64,000 nucleotides of DNA from positions 11,627 through 75,626 of the forward strand of contig CAILTG010000021.1 of assembly GCA_903837125.1 (NCBI GenBank). The letters are read 5' to 3'. The notes beneath the pieces are model-generated. The model was given only the letters and a program-made list of their open reading frames with translations, was not told the origin of the DNA and searched no databases. Position 1 is the stretch's first letter; every line of letters starts with the position of its first letter. The position numbers were made by a program, and so were the translations under genes. The stretch comes from Candidatus Magasanikiibacteriota bacterium (GTDB lineage: Bacteria; Patescibacteriota; Patescibacteriia; Magasanikbacterales; UBA922). Shown here piece by piece: positions 10,164 through 19,216 of this stretch.

Positions 10164-11432
10164 CTATACGCCTGAGTTAATAATTTTTATAAATTCCACT
10201 GCCAATTTCTCACACCCAAACTCCTCTATTCTCTTCTTTCCTCTCTCAACTAACACACCTCGCAACTTCTCATCTGACAATATTTTTTTAATTGCTTCGG
10301 CCAGTTCATCAACATTGTGTGGATTAATTAAATATCCAGCCTCACCAACCACTTCTGGTAATGATGAACGACTGGAAGTAATAACTGGTACACCACTGAC
10401 CATCGCCTCTAAAACTGGCAAACCAAAACCTTCATACAAACTTATAAAAACAAACAAACTACTCAACTTATACAAAGTTGGTTTATCTCTTTCGTCAACA
10501 TAACCAATATATCTAACACCTGATGTTTCTTTTATCAACTGCATTAATTTTTTATTCTTCCAACCTTTACCACCAGCAATTACAAGTTCATATTTCTGAG
10601 TTCTGAGTTCTGAGTTACAAAAAGCTTCTATTATTGTTTGAACATTTTTTCTAGGTTCAAGGGTTCCTAAATACAAAATGTACTTTTCTGGTAGACCATA
10701 CCTTTGTTTTACTTGATTTCTACTATCTGAGTTCTGAGTCATGATAAAAGGCAGCCCAGGCCTCAACACTTGCAATTTGCTTTCTGCTATCTGATATCTG
10801 TCTATCACATCGCGTTTAGTATTCTCCGATGGCGTAATTATTACATTCGCTCGCTGACATTGACGTTGCGGATTTAAAAACTTGTGCCACAATCTTTGTT
10901 TCCAAGTAAAACAATCCGGCAAAAATTCAAAAGACAAGTCATGAATGGTTTGAATGTGTCTAACATTTTTTGATAAATTTATAAAACTTAAATTTGGCGA
11001 AAACCAGGTATCAATTCCTCTGTCATTGCGAGGAAACCGATTCGCATCGGCTGACGAAGCAATCTCAGGCAACCTGTAATCTTTAGATAACGACGACGTG
11101 AGATTGCTTCGTCGTCGCGCGAGCTCCTCCTCGCAATGACATAATTTATCTAGTTTAATTATTCTAAGCCAAACTAACAAATTGAGTAATTTATTCGGCC
11201 ATCTAGTATACACATAATGCACATTTTCTTGCTTCCACTGCGGAATATTTTTTGAAACATCAGCCCAAGAATTATAAAACAAAAAATATTGGTTCGCATC
11301 AAGGCAATTATTCAGCTGTTTAAATCTGTCTAAATCAATGCCAAAAATAGTATTAAGCATTCCAAAAGTATACTCCCCAACGCCAGTACGATTTTTATCC
11401 ATTAAACAACGGATATCAACCCCAATATTCAT
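10164..11432 (-). CDS. GT4 family glycosyltransferase carrying an in-frame palindromic insertion
   Basis: MNIGVDIR, TIHDL, GTLEPRKN, SLYEGFGLPVLEAM; extra segment CHCEEELARRRSNL...EIASSADANRFPRND. Confidence 0.9.
   Translation of the reverse strand: MNIGVDIRCLMDKNRTGVGEYTFGMLNTIFGIDLDRFKQLNNCLDANQYFLFYNSWADVSKNIPQWKQENVHYVYTRWPNKLLNLLVWLRIIKLDKLCHCEEELARRRSNLTSSLSKDYRLPEIASSADANRFPRNDRGIDTWFSPNLSFINLSKNVRHIQTIHDLSFEFLPDCFTWKQRLWHKFLNPQRQCQRANVIITPSENTKRDVIDRYQIAESKLQVLRPGLPFIMTQNSDSRNQVKQRYGLPEKYILYLGTLEPRKNVQTIIEAFCNSELRTQKYELVIAGGKGWKNKKLMQLIKETSGVRYIGYVDERDKPTLYKLSSLFVFISLYEGFGLPVLEAMVSGVPVITSSRSSLPEVVGEAGYLINPHNVDELAEAIKKILSDEKLRGVLVERGKKRIEEFGCEKLAVEFIKIINSGV
11021..11141. mobile_element. 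121-bp REP/RPE-like palindromic element inserted in frame
   Basis: 14-bp perfect terminal inverted repeat tgtcattgcgagga / tcctcgcaatgaca; inner 15-bp inverted repeat gacgaagcaatctca (11053-11067) / tgagattgcttcgtc (11099-11113); GC-rich relative to the host gene. Confidence 0.8.
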
Positions 11433-11440
11433 ACATTATT

Positions 11441-12568
11441 TTATTTTATTTCTAACTCGCACTGATTCAATCCCTTTCTAAACTCCTCATAATGATCTTC
11501 CACAAATTTTTTGATTTTGTCTTTAAAATTGATTACGCTAAATTTTAGTGCATGTTCGCGAATTTTGACACTGTCCCAATTTTCATAATTAAAATTAAGT
11601 AAAGTATCTAATAGTGATTCCCAACTCTGATCTTTAAAATAAACCCCTGTCTCACCATGAATTACTGTTTCCGTTACTCCACCAACCGGATAAGCAATCA
11701 CCGGCCGGCCGGCCGCCATGGCCTCCACCGGAGTAATACCAAAATCCTCAACCTGAGGATGAATAAACGCTCTGGCATGACTCATCAACTCTGCCTTTTC
11801 CTGGTCCGTAACTCGTCCCAAAAATTCAATATTAGGTCTGGCACCTCTTTTTAAATCCTCCCACCAACCCGGTCCGGTGCCAAAAATTTTTAGCGGCCAA
11901 CCCAAACGATTAAAAACTTTTATTATCAAATCAAATCTCTTGTAAGCTGCAATTCTTCCACCAGCCAAAAAATAATCCCCCACTTCTGGTGAAATTTTAT
12001 ATTGTTCCACATCCACCGGCGGATAAATTACCTGCGCATCTCGCCGATAATATTTATGGATACGACTTTTTACCGTGTATGAATTGGCTAAAAAATGATC
12101 TACTCGATCCACGCTCATTTGATCCCACATACGCAAACGATGAATCAAAGACGGTATAAAAGATTTTATTAAACGATTATACTTTAATTCTTCTAAATAT
12201 TCATGGGTATCTGTCCAAAGATATCTGGTAGGCGTATGGCAATAAGAAATATGCAAAGTATTTGGTCTAGTTAACACTCCCTTAGCAAACGCTGAAGTTG
12301 AGGACAAAACCACGTCAAAATCATGAAGATTATATCTTTCAGTTGCCAGAGGTATCCAAGGCAAATACCACTGATAGTGATTTTTGTTAAATGGCAACTT
12401 AGAAATAAAAGATTGTCTGACATCCGCATCTGCAAAATCTTTTATTTTCTTAGTATCATAAAATAAAACAAAAATAGGCGCTTCCGGCCAAATTTCATGA
12501 AAAGCTTTTAACACTCTTTCCGCCCCCCCGTCTTGCGAAAGATAATCATGGACTAAAGCAATACGCAT
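11441..12568 (-). CDS. GT4 family glycosyltransferase (mannosyltransferase-like)
   Basis: MRIALVHDYL..GGAERV, YCHTPTRYLW, EDFGITPVEAMAAG. Confidence 0.92.
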   Translation of the reverse strand: MRIALVHDYLSQDGGAERVLKAFHEIWPEAPIFVLFYDTKKIKDFADADVRQSFISKLPFNKNHYQWYLPWIPLATERYNLHDFDVVLSSTSAFAKGVLTRPNTLHISYCHTPTRYLWTDTHEYLEELKYNRLIKSFIPSLIHRLRMWDQMSVDRVDHFLANSYTVKSRIHKYYRRDAQVIYPPVDVEQYKISPEVGDYFLAGGRIAAYKRFDLIIKVFNRLGWPLKIFGTGPGWWEDLKRGARPNIEFLGRVTDQEKAELMSHARAFIHPQVEDFGITPVEAMAAGRPVIAYPVGGVTETVIHGETGVYFKDQSWESLLDTLLNFNYENWDSVKIREHALKFSVINFKDKIKKFVEDHYEEFRKGLNQCELEIK

Positions 12569-12583
12569 AAATATAATCCGAAT

Positions 12584-14002
12584 TTATAAAGCACCTCGTT
12601 TTTTTAAAACTACAAATGGTGTTTTTATGAAAATAATTAAATCCTGAAACAAACTCCATTTTTCTATATAAAACACATCCAGTTTAACTTCATCTTCAAA
12701 AGATAAATCGCTACGACCAGAAATTTGGCTCATTCCAGTAATACCTGGCTTTAGAGTTAACACCTTTTTATGATGTTTTTCATATTTATCTACTTCACGA
12801 GGCTGATGTGGTCTGGGGCCAACAATACTCATATCCCCTGCCAGAACATTAAAAAACTGTGGCAATTCATCTAAACTCCAACGACGAATAAACCGTCCAA
12901 AAGACGTAACCCGTGGATCATTGGCAATTTTATAAACAGGACCTTCTTTAATACTATTAGTTTTAATAAGTTTCTTTTCTTTTTCCTCGTTTTTTATACC
13001 CTCGTTACCAAATTGCACTCCCGTAGAATCCTTTTGATACATGGAACGAAATTTATAAGTTAGAAACTTTAGACCGCGAATACCCACACGCTCATTTTTG
13101 TAAATTACCGGTCTGCCAGTTTCAATCAAAATAATTATGGTCACAACTAGCATTATTGGCGAAGTAATAATAATTACCAACAAACTCATGACAATATCAA
13201 ACAATCTCTTAGAGACTCGGCCCCAACCTTCCAACGGAGTCTTTCCCAATTCCATAATCGGCACCCCGGCCAAAGCCGAAACCGACATATTAATACTGTA
13301 AGTAGAAAATAAATCAGCTGAATATTTAAAAACTTTATGATGTTCATCACAATAATCAATCGCTGCCAAAGTCTCTTCCTCATTGGCCCGCGGATTCACA
13401 AAAATAAATTCATCAATATTAATTTTATCCAATTCCTTAGCCACTCCAGAATTAAAACTTAAAAACTCAGCCACAACTTGGTAACCTAATTCTTTTCTCT
13501 TTCGCAAAACTGCCACCACATTTTTAGCAATCTCTTCTTTGCCAATTACCACTACCCGACGTAATCCTATACCGAAACGATAAAGCAACCCTTTAATTCC
13601 CCGCATTAAAATTCTCTCCAATCCCACATAAACAATAGCAAAAACAAAACCCACAGCCACCAAAAAACGTGAATCAAATTGCTGTAAAAAAAACATTACA
13701 TATAAAGCAATCGCTCCCAAACCCGTGGAACAAGCCAAAACCACTCTTGTTAATTCTCTGGATAACTTACGGTTAGGATTAATGGAATACAAGCCAGAAA
13801 TGGCAAAAATCAGAAGCCAAGCCAAAGCGACTAAGCTGGCAATATTTAAAAAACTAAGCAATGTTAATTTAAAAATGACTGGCCTGGTTAACACCACAAA
13901 ACTGGCAAAACGCAAATAATAAGCTGAAATACCTGCCAAAAGCAACATCAAAAAATCAAGTGGCACTTGTAAAACCATGAATATTATTTCTGAACGTTTC
14001 AT
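12584..14002 (-). CDS. Polyprenyl-phosphate glycosylphosphotransferase (WcaJ/WbaP family priming sugar transferase)
   Basis: N-terminal TM helices, KRLFDI, KFRSM, DPRVT..GRFIRRWSLDELPQ, SIVGPRP, KPGITG. Confidence 0.92.
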   Translation of the reverse strand: MKRSEIIFMVLQVPLDFLMLLLAGISAYYLRFASFVVLTRPVIFKLTLLSFLNIASLVALAWLLIFAISGLYSINPNRKLSRELTRVVLACSTGLGAIALYVMFFLQQFDSRFLVAVGFVFAIVYVGLERILMRGIKGLLYRFGIGLRRVVVIGKEEIAKNVVAVLRKRKELGYQVVAEFLSFNSGVAKELDKINIDEFIFVNPRANEEETLAAIDYCDEHHKVFKYSADLFSTYSINMSVSALAGVPIMELGKTPLEGWGRVSKRLFDIVMSLLVIIITSPIMLVVTIIILIETGRPVIYKNERVGIRGLKFLTYKFRSMYQKDSTGVQFGNEGIKNEEKEKKLIKTNSIKEGPVYKIANDPRVTSFGRFIRRWSLDELPQFFNVLAGDMSIVGPRPHQPREVDKYEKHHKKVLTLKPGITGMSQISGRSDLSFEDEVKLDVFYIEKWSLFQDLIIFIKTPFVVLKKRGAL

Positions 14003-14130
14003 AAAAAATACTTAAAAAGCATAAAGGCTTAAAATGCTTGCAAAGCTAATACTTACAGTTTAGCGAAAAAAACAACTTTAGTCAACTTTATTAATTCCTC
14101 TAAATTTAGCTAAATTATACACTTATACCC

Positions 14131-14159
14131 TTGACAAAGAGGCTAAAGTGTGTTACAAT
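14131..14159 (+). promoter_or_regulatory. Sigma70 promoter of rnpB
   Basis: TTGACA-17 nt-TACAAT with TG extension, 6 nt before the RNase P P1 helix. Confidence 0.85.
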
Positions 14160-14165
14160 AGTTCT

Positions 14166-14600
14166 TGTCTTATCTATTGTAGATGATCGCCTGCCGATGA
14201 GGCAGGAGGAAAGTCCGAACTCTATCCATTAATTTGGAAATGGTAGTGGGTAACACCCACCAGCACTTTAGAGATAAAGTGTTCGGGATAGCGCCACAGA
14301 GACAATACTACCCCGCAAAATGCGGGGGAAAGGTGAAAAGTGTATGGGGGTTTTGGTTCTAGATCAAAGCTACTATACTCCTCTAATAGTAATATTGGAG
14401 TGCGGCAAGCCCTACCTGGAGAAAGAGCAGCGCCCCGCAGTTTGCGGGGCGAAAAGTTAGCTCGTTAGAATCTATTGGCAACAATAGATCTAGATAAATG
14501 ATCGTCGCCCACAAATCACAACACCAATCGACACTAATTAGTGAAGATTAGTGAAAATAATAGTGGACACAAAATTCGGCTTATAACAATAGGTGAGACA
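14166..14600 (+). ncRNA. rnpB: RNase P RNA (bacterial)
   Basis: Conserved GAGGAAAGUCC, GCGCCACAGA, GGUGAAA, AGAUAAAUGAUC and ACAAAAUUCGGCUUAU segments; P1 pairing tgtcttatctattgt / acaataggtgagaca; own promoter and terminator. Confidence 0.95.
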
Positions 14601-14602
14601 AT

Positions 14603-14629
14603 AAAAAAATTCCTAAAAGGAATTTTTTT
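14603..14629. terminator. Bidirectional terminator between rnpB and proC
   Basis: aaaaaattcct-aaa-aggaatttttt. Confidence 0.65.
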
Positions 14630-14647
14630 ATATTTAAAAATTAATTT

Positions 14648-15370
14648 TTACTTTGCCAATTCATCGGCTCTTTTTTCAGCTGATTCTAAAACTTTTTTAA
14701 ACATATTCTCTAAATCAAATTTTTTCATCACTACCAGACCAGCTTCAGTGGTACCACCTTTTGAAGCAACTTGCTTAACTAATTCCTCTGAATTTTTTTC
14801 TTGTTGTAAAATTGAGTTAGCGCCATCAAGTGTTGTAAAAAACATTAATCTGGCTTCTTCTTCAGTGAATCCTAGTTCAACCACCGCTTTTAGCCATTCA
14901 GTAACTAAATAATAAAAAAATCCCGGACCACTACCAGACACGGCTGTGGCTTTATTTATCATTTCTTCATTTTTAACTTGCAAAGTTTGACCAAGTTGTT
15001 TAAACAAATTGTCTATCTCATTTTTGTCTTTCACTCCTTCACTAATCCAAACTGTCATAGACTTTTTAACTCTGGCACCAAGATTAGGCATGGCTCGTAC
15101 CACTTTTTTTATACCCAAAACTGATTTAATTTTATTAATAGTAACACCAGCCATAATTGAAATAACTATTTGTTCGTTCAACTGGCCTTTTAATTCTTCT
15201 GCCACTTCTGCAAATGATTGTGGTTTTACGGCCAACAAAATTATCTCTGCCCCATGACAAACACTTTTATCATCACCTTTATCACAAACAATAACTTCGC
15301 AACTTGAAGCCAAAGCTTTAGCAAAAATACTACCCATTACTCCCCCACCAATGATTACTAATTTTTTCAT
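14648..15370 (-). CDS. proC: Pyrroline-5-carboxylate reductase
   Basis: IIGGGVMG, LAVKPQ, RAMPN, TAVSGSGPG, VASKGGTT. Confidence 0.95.
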   Translation of the reverse strand: MKKLVIIGGGVMGSIFAKALASSCEVIVCDKGDDKSVCHGAEIILLAVKPQSFAEVAEELKGQLNEQIVISIMAGVTINKIKSVLGIKKVVRAMPNLGARVKKSMTVWISEGVKDKNEIDNLFKQLGQTLQVKNEEMINKATAVSGSGPGFFYYLVTEWLKAVVELGFTEEEARLMFFTTLDGANSILQQEKNSEELVKQVASKGGTTEAGLVVMKKFDLENMFKKVLESAEKRADELAK

Positions 15371-16428
15371 ACAAATACCATTATATTATCAGCATGCATT
15401 ACTTGCAAGCCTTTTTTAGATTTAGCGACTGACAATAATTTAGAATCAATATCCACTTTACCAATCGCCATACTCACTTTATCTTTATCCACCACTTCCA
15501 CCAGTTCATTAGCAGCAAATTCACCATAAACTTTTTTAATACCCACTGCCAAAAGACTTTTTCCAGAAGCCAAGGCCTTAACAGCCCCATCGTCCACTTC
15601 AATGCTGGCAGCTGAAGTTTTGGAAGCCATGAGCCAACGCTCACGATTTTTAATATCACTAACCGATTTCCTCGACAAAAAAGTAGTACCAACCTTCTTA
15701 CCCATTAAGGCAGCAACAATAAACTCTTTTTTCAAACCACTAATAATTTGCACCTCAATGCCAATTGCTGTACAAAGGCGTGCTGCTTTAAGTTTAGAAA
15801 CCATTCCTCCCCGGCCTTTATCAGAAACAGCTCCTGAACAATATTTCATAAGTTCAGCATTCACATCTTTCACCTCAGAAATCAATTCCGCATTTTTATT
15901 ATCTTCAGGATTTGCAGTAAACAATCCCTCAACATGACTTAAAATTAATAATTTATTGGCTTTAAAAGACATCGCTAAAGATGCCCCCAAACTGTCATTA
16001 TCCCCAAAACTCCAATCCGTACCATACACCAAAGCATCATTTTCATTAACAATGGGGATAATTTTATTTTGAAAAGCGCTCTCAATTGATTTTTGTAGTG
16101 CCAAAAAATGCTGGCGTTCTACCAAATGTGGACGAGATAGTAGCAATTCTGAAACAGTTAAACCCAATTTATTAGCCACTTGGTTATACCCAGACATAAG
16201 TTTTAATTGTCCAATTCCGGCAGCTAATTTTTTATCTAATTCTTTGTCTATAAAAAATTTTCTACCCAAAGCTACTGCTCCAGAAGTTACCAAAACAATT
16301 TTTTGCCCTTGTTTTATTTGTTCACCAACAACCTCCAAAATATTTTCAATAATTGAAATACGTAATTCATTATTATCATCAACCAAAACATTACTCCCGA
16401 TTTTTATTATTGTTATATTATTATCCAT
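15367..16428 (-). CDS. proB: Glutamate 5-kinase with PUA domain
   Basis: IKIGSNVL, VTSGAV, AAGIGQ, PIVNEND, FGDNDSL, GGMVSKL, SLLAVGI. Confidence 0.95.
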   Translation of the reverse strand: MDNNITIIKIGSNVLVDDNNELRISIIENILEVVGEQIKQGQKIVLVTSGAVALGRKFFIDKELDKKLAAGIGQLKLMSGYNQVANKLGLTVSELLLSRPHLVERQHFLALQKSIESAFQNKIIPIVNENDALVYGTDWSFGDNDSLGASLAMSFKANKLLILSHVEGLFTANPEDNKNAELISEVKDVNAELMKYCSGAVSDKGRGGMVSKLKAARLCTAIGIEVQIISGLKKEFIVAALMGKKVGTTFLSRKSVSDIKNRERWLMASKTSAASIEVDDGAVKALASGKSLLAVGIKKVYGEFAANELVEVVDKDKVSMAIGKVDIDSKLLSVAKSKKGLQVMHADNIMVFV

Positions 16429-16447
16429 ACAATAAACGCTAACAAAT

Positions 16448-17689
16448 TTAATTTCTTACTTGTCCACTACCCAAAACTACATATTTGGTCACGGTTAAAT
16501 CTTCTAAACCCATTGGTCCGCGCATGTGGATTGAGGAAGTACTAATACCCAATTCAGCACCTAAACCAAAGATTCCACCATCATTCAAACGAGTAGACGC
16601 ATTAACCATCACTACCGCGCTATTAACCTGTTTAAGAAACTCTGCTGACTTAATTTTATCTTCCGTAACAATAGAATCAGTATGATGAGAACCATGCTCT
16701 TCTATCCAAATTACCGCCTTTTCAAATGAATCTACCACTCCTACAGTAATTATTAAATCCAAATATTCTGTATTCCAATCTTCAGGCTTGGCCAACACAC
16801 ACTTAGAATTATAAGAACAAATTTTTTCATCTCCTCTCACTTGAACACCCAGTTCAACCAAAGTTGCCAATAAAGTTGGCGCCAATTTATCAACAATATC
16901 ACAATGAATTAAAATCTTTTCTAAAGAATTACAAGCAGCCGGATTGGAAACCTTGGAATTAACAGCCAATTCAACTGCCATGACCAAATTTGCCTCTTTA
17001 TCAATATACAGGTGAGTAAGTCCTCGTTCGTGGGCAATTACCGGCACTCTAGCCTGATCTTTAATAAAATTAATTAATTGTTCACGCCCGCGGGGTACCA
17101 CCAAATCAAGATATTTGTCCATTTTTACCACTTCCCCCAAAGTTTCATAACTTCTGTCTTCCAATTGCTGCACAGTATGCTCTGACAAACCAACTTCTTG
17201 TAAAGCCTTCTGAATAAATTTTAATAAAATTTCATTTGAAAAATTCGCTTCTTTGCCGCCCCTAGCCACCAAACAATTACCACTTTTTACACAAAGTCCG
17301 GCAGCATCCACCAAAACATTTGGTCGAGATTCATAAACAAAAAGAATCACCCCAATCGGCACACGTTTTTTGAGAACTACCATGCCATTAGGTCTACCCC
17401 ACTCTTCAACAATTTTTCCCACAGGATCTGGCAGCTTTATCATTTCTCTCAATCCCTCGGCCATGCCTTTAATTGAACTCTCTGATAAAATCAACCTCTT
17501 AAGCAGGACTAGGTTTAATTCTTTTCCCAAATTAAGATCTTTTTTATTCTCAACCAAAATCGCTTCAATATTTTGCAATAACAATTCAGCTAATTTAGCT
17601 AAAAATAGATTTTTTTGTTCTGTGTCAGCTAAACGCATTTCTGCTGAAGCTGCTTTTGCCAAATGCAACTGCTCTTTTGCTTCCAACAT
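16448..17689 (-). CDS. proA: Gamma-glutamyl phosphate reductase
   Basis: VPIGVI..YESRPNV, PRG, ACNSLE, GSHHTDSI, VNASTRL.DGG.FGLGAELGIST..H.RGPMGL. Confidence 0.96.
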   Translation of the reverse strand: MLEAKEQLHLAKAASAEMRLADTEQKNLFLAKLAELLLQNIEAILVENKKDLNLGKELNLVLLKRLILSESSIKGMAEGLREMIKLPDPVGKIVEEWGRPNGMVVLKKRVPIGVILFVYESRPNVLVDAAGLCVKSGNCLVARGGKEANFSNEILLKFIQKALQEVGLSEHTVQQLEDRSYETLGEVVKMDKYLDLVVPRGREQLINFIKDQARVPVIAHERGLTHLYIDKEANLVMAVELAVNSKVSNPAACNSLEKILIHCDIVDKLAPTLLATLVELGVQVRGDEKICSYNSKCVLAKPEDWNTEYLDLIITVGVVDSFEKAVIWIEEHGSHHTDSIVTEDKIKSAEFLKQVNSAVVMVNASTRLNDGGIFGLGAELGISTSSIHMRGPMGLEDLTVTKYVVLGSGQVRN

Positions 17690-17727
17690 AAAATAAAAAC
17701 AAAATATTTGTTTATGTCAAATATTTG

Positions 17728-17809
17728 TGGGCGAGAAGGGACTCGAACCCTTATGCCTTTCGGCGTTACCACCTCAAGGTAGTGCGTCTACCAATTTCGC
17801 CACTCGCCC
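17728..17809 (-). tRNA. tRNA-Leu (anticodon GAG)
   Basis: GGGCGAG acceptor stem, D-arm GCGAAATTGGTAGACGC, anticodon loop TT-GAG-GT, long variable arm GCC-GAAA-GGC, T-loop TTCGAGT; CCA not encoded. Confidence 0.93.
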
Positions 17810-17832
17810 ATAACAAAATACAATACACGTGT

Positions 17833-18600
17833 TTAGAACTTTCGTTCTTTCCCTACCACCATCTCAATCTTTTTCTTAGCTAAGTGAATTTTTATTTTAG
17901 TTTCTTTTGACTCTTTACCATCGGCCTCTACTACAAATGGAGTACGACTAAAAACAATCATTTCTTCAAAGGGAAAAATACTCGGATCTTCATATTTCTG
18001 TCGACCAAAAATACCTCTCTTTACCACTGGCCTTAAAAAAGCCTCTAATTTTCCATCTTGTGGATGTACCACTACATCTTCTTTATCTCCCTTCCAAATA
18101 TAAGGCTGCAGATTACAAATTACCAATTCCATTTTTTTACTTTGCGATGACACTTTAAATTTTTCATCATATTCTACGGCAATGTCACTTGGTGGTATAT
18201 GCAATTGAGAGACAAAATAACGATTATTAAACCAGCCCACGTCCAATTTAACTTTACGTCGGCGTGACAAAACATTACAAGCCTCTTCACCAATAGGTAT
18301 ACCCAGTACTTCCGCAATAGTATTATCTCCACCCACAGGCAAAAAACCAAAAGTTATCCCACAGGTAGCAGCACTAGAAAGTACCTGTCCAAAAGTAGCA
18401 TCATTACCCACAATCACAATAGTAGAAGCGCCTTTTTTTATTTCATCTTCTATTACTGCTTTAGAGTTGGTAAAATTTTGCAACCGAACTATCTTACCAG
18501 CAATGCTAAAATCCGTCAACCTAGTCTCAATAGCCCTGAGTGTTGAATCAAATTTCTTATTCTTTAAAAAATTGTCGTAAAGATAAACGTACATAAACAA
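17833..18600 (-). CDS. Diacylglycerol/lipid kinase-like protein (DAGK family, divergent)
   Basis: IVIVGNDAT (GGDGT-like), LPVGGDNTIAEVLGIP, LDVG, PQDGKLE, ADG. Confidence 0.65.
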   Translation of the reverse strand: MFMYVYLYDNFLKNKKFDSTLRAIETRLTDFSIAGKIVRLQNFTNSKAVIEDEIKKGASTIVIVGNDATFGQVLSSAATCGITFGFLPVGGDNTIAEVLGIPIGEEACNVLSRRRKVKLDVGWFNNRYFVSQLHIPPSDIAVEYDEKFKVSSQSKKMELVICNLQPYIWKGDKEDVVVHPQDGKLEAFLRPVVKRGIFGRQKYEDPSIFPFEEMIVFSRTPFVVEADGKESKETKIKIHLAKKKIEMVVGKERKF

Positions 18601-18605
18601 ACAAA

Positions 18606-18679
18606 AAAGATCAGAAGATCAGAAGATCGAAAGATCATTAAAATGCTTGATCTTATGATCTTCTGATCTTTTGATCTTT
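18606..18679. repeat. Palindromic array of eight GATC-containing octamers
   Basis: Four AAGATC units then four inverted GATCTT units at 8-nt spacing, intergenic. Confidence 0.85.
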
Positions 18680-18685
18680 ACAATA

Positions 18686-19153
18686 CTATTGGAGCACTGC
18701 AACATTCTCTTCTTCTCCTTTAACTTTTAACCTACCAAATCCACCTAATTTTTCTTTCTTTTCTGGTTCAATACCTTTCATCAACACCTTGCCATAAATT
18801 AATGCTCCTGGTTCTACTGCCAAAACCTTACAATCAATATCTCCAGCTACTCGAGCGGTAGAAGTTAGTTCCAACTTATCACTAATCTTAACATCACCGC
18901 GCACTTCTCCAGAAATAACCGCTTCTCCGGCTCTAACGTTAGCAAAAATTTTAGCCCCTTTTTCCACAGTCAATCTTTTACTGGTTTTCACGCTTCCTGA
19001 AACTGTCCCCTTCACCACTATATTACCCTCTGATGAAAAATCCCCCTCCACACTTACTGAAGGGCCAACCACTGTCTCCACCTCGTCTTGCGCCTGGTGT
19101 AACTTGTCTTCGTTGTTATTTAAAGAAATGCTGGGCGATGGTTTTTGAAACAT
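18686..19153 (-). CDS. Bactofilin (polymer-forming cytoskeletal protein)
   Basis: TVVGPSVSVEGDF...G.V.G.V...ISGEVRGDV...ARVAGDI..LAVEPGA beta-helix repeats. Confidence 0.9.
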   Translation of the reverse strand: MFQKPSPSISLNNNEDKLHQAQDEVETVVGPSVSVEGDFSSEGNIVVKGTVSGSVKTSKRLTVEKGAKIFANVRAGEAVISGEVRGDVKISDKLELTSTARVAGDIDCKVLAVEPGALIYGKVLMKGIEPEKKEKLGGFGRLKVKGEEENVAVLQ

Positions 19154-19216
19154 AAAATTTAATTAATTTAATACTCAATTATTTTACAACTTTTTTAAAA
19201 AAAAAGCAAATTTAAA

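Noticed and set aside
14541-14912. 123-aa plus-strand ORF
   Set aside because: Overlaps the 3' end of rnpB and is antisense to proC.
17690-17727. Proline-sensing leader upstream of proA
   Set aside because: Only 38 AT-rich nt between tRNA-Leu and proA; no uORF or strong hairpin.
17728-17809. Integrative element at tRNA-Leu or tRNA-Asn
   Set aside because: No integrase and no duplicated tRNA 3' end found by eye in the window.
18606-18679. CRISPR array or replication origin
   Set aside because: Units are 8 nt with no spacers; no cas genes, DnaA-box cluster or dnaA nearby.
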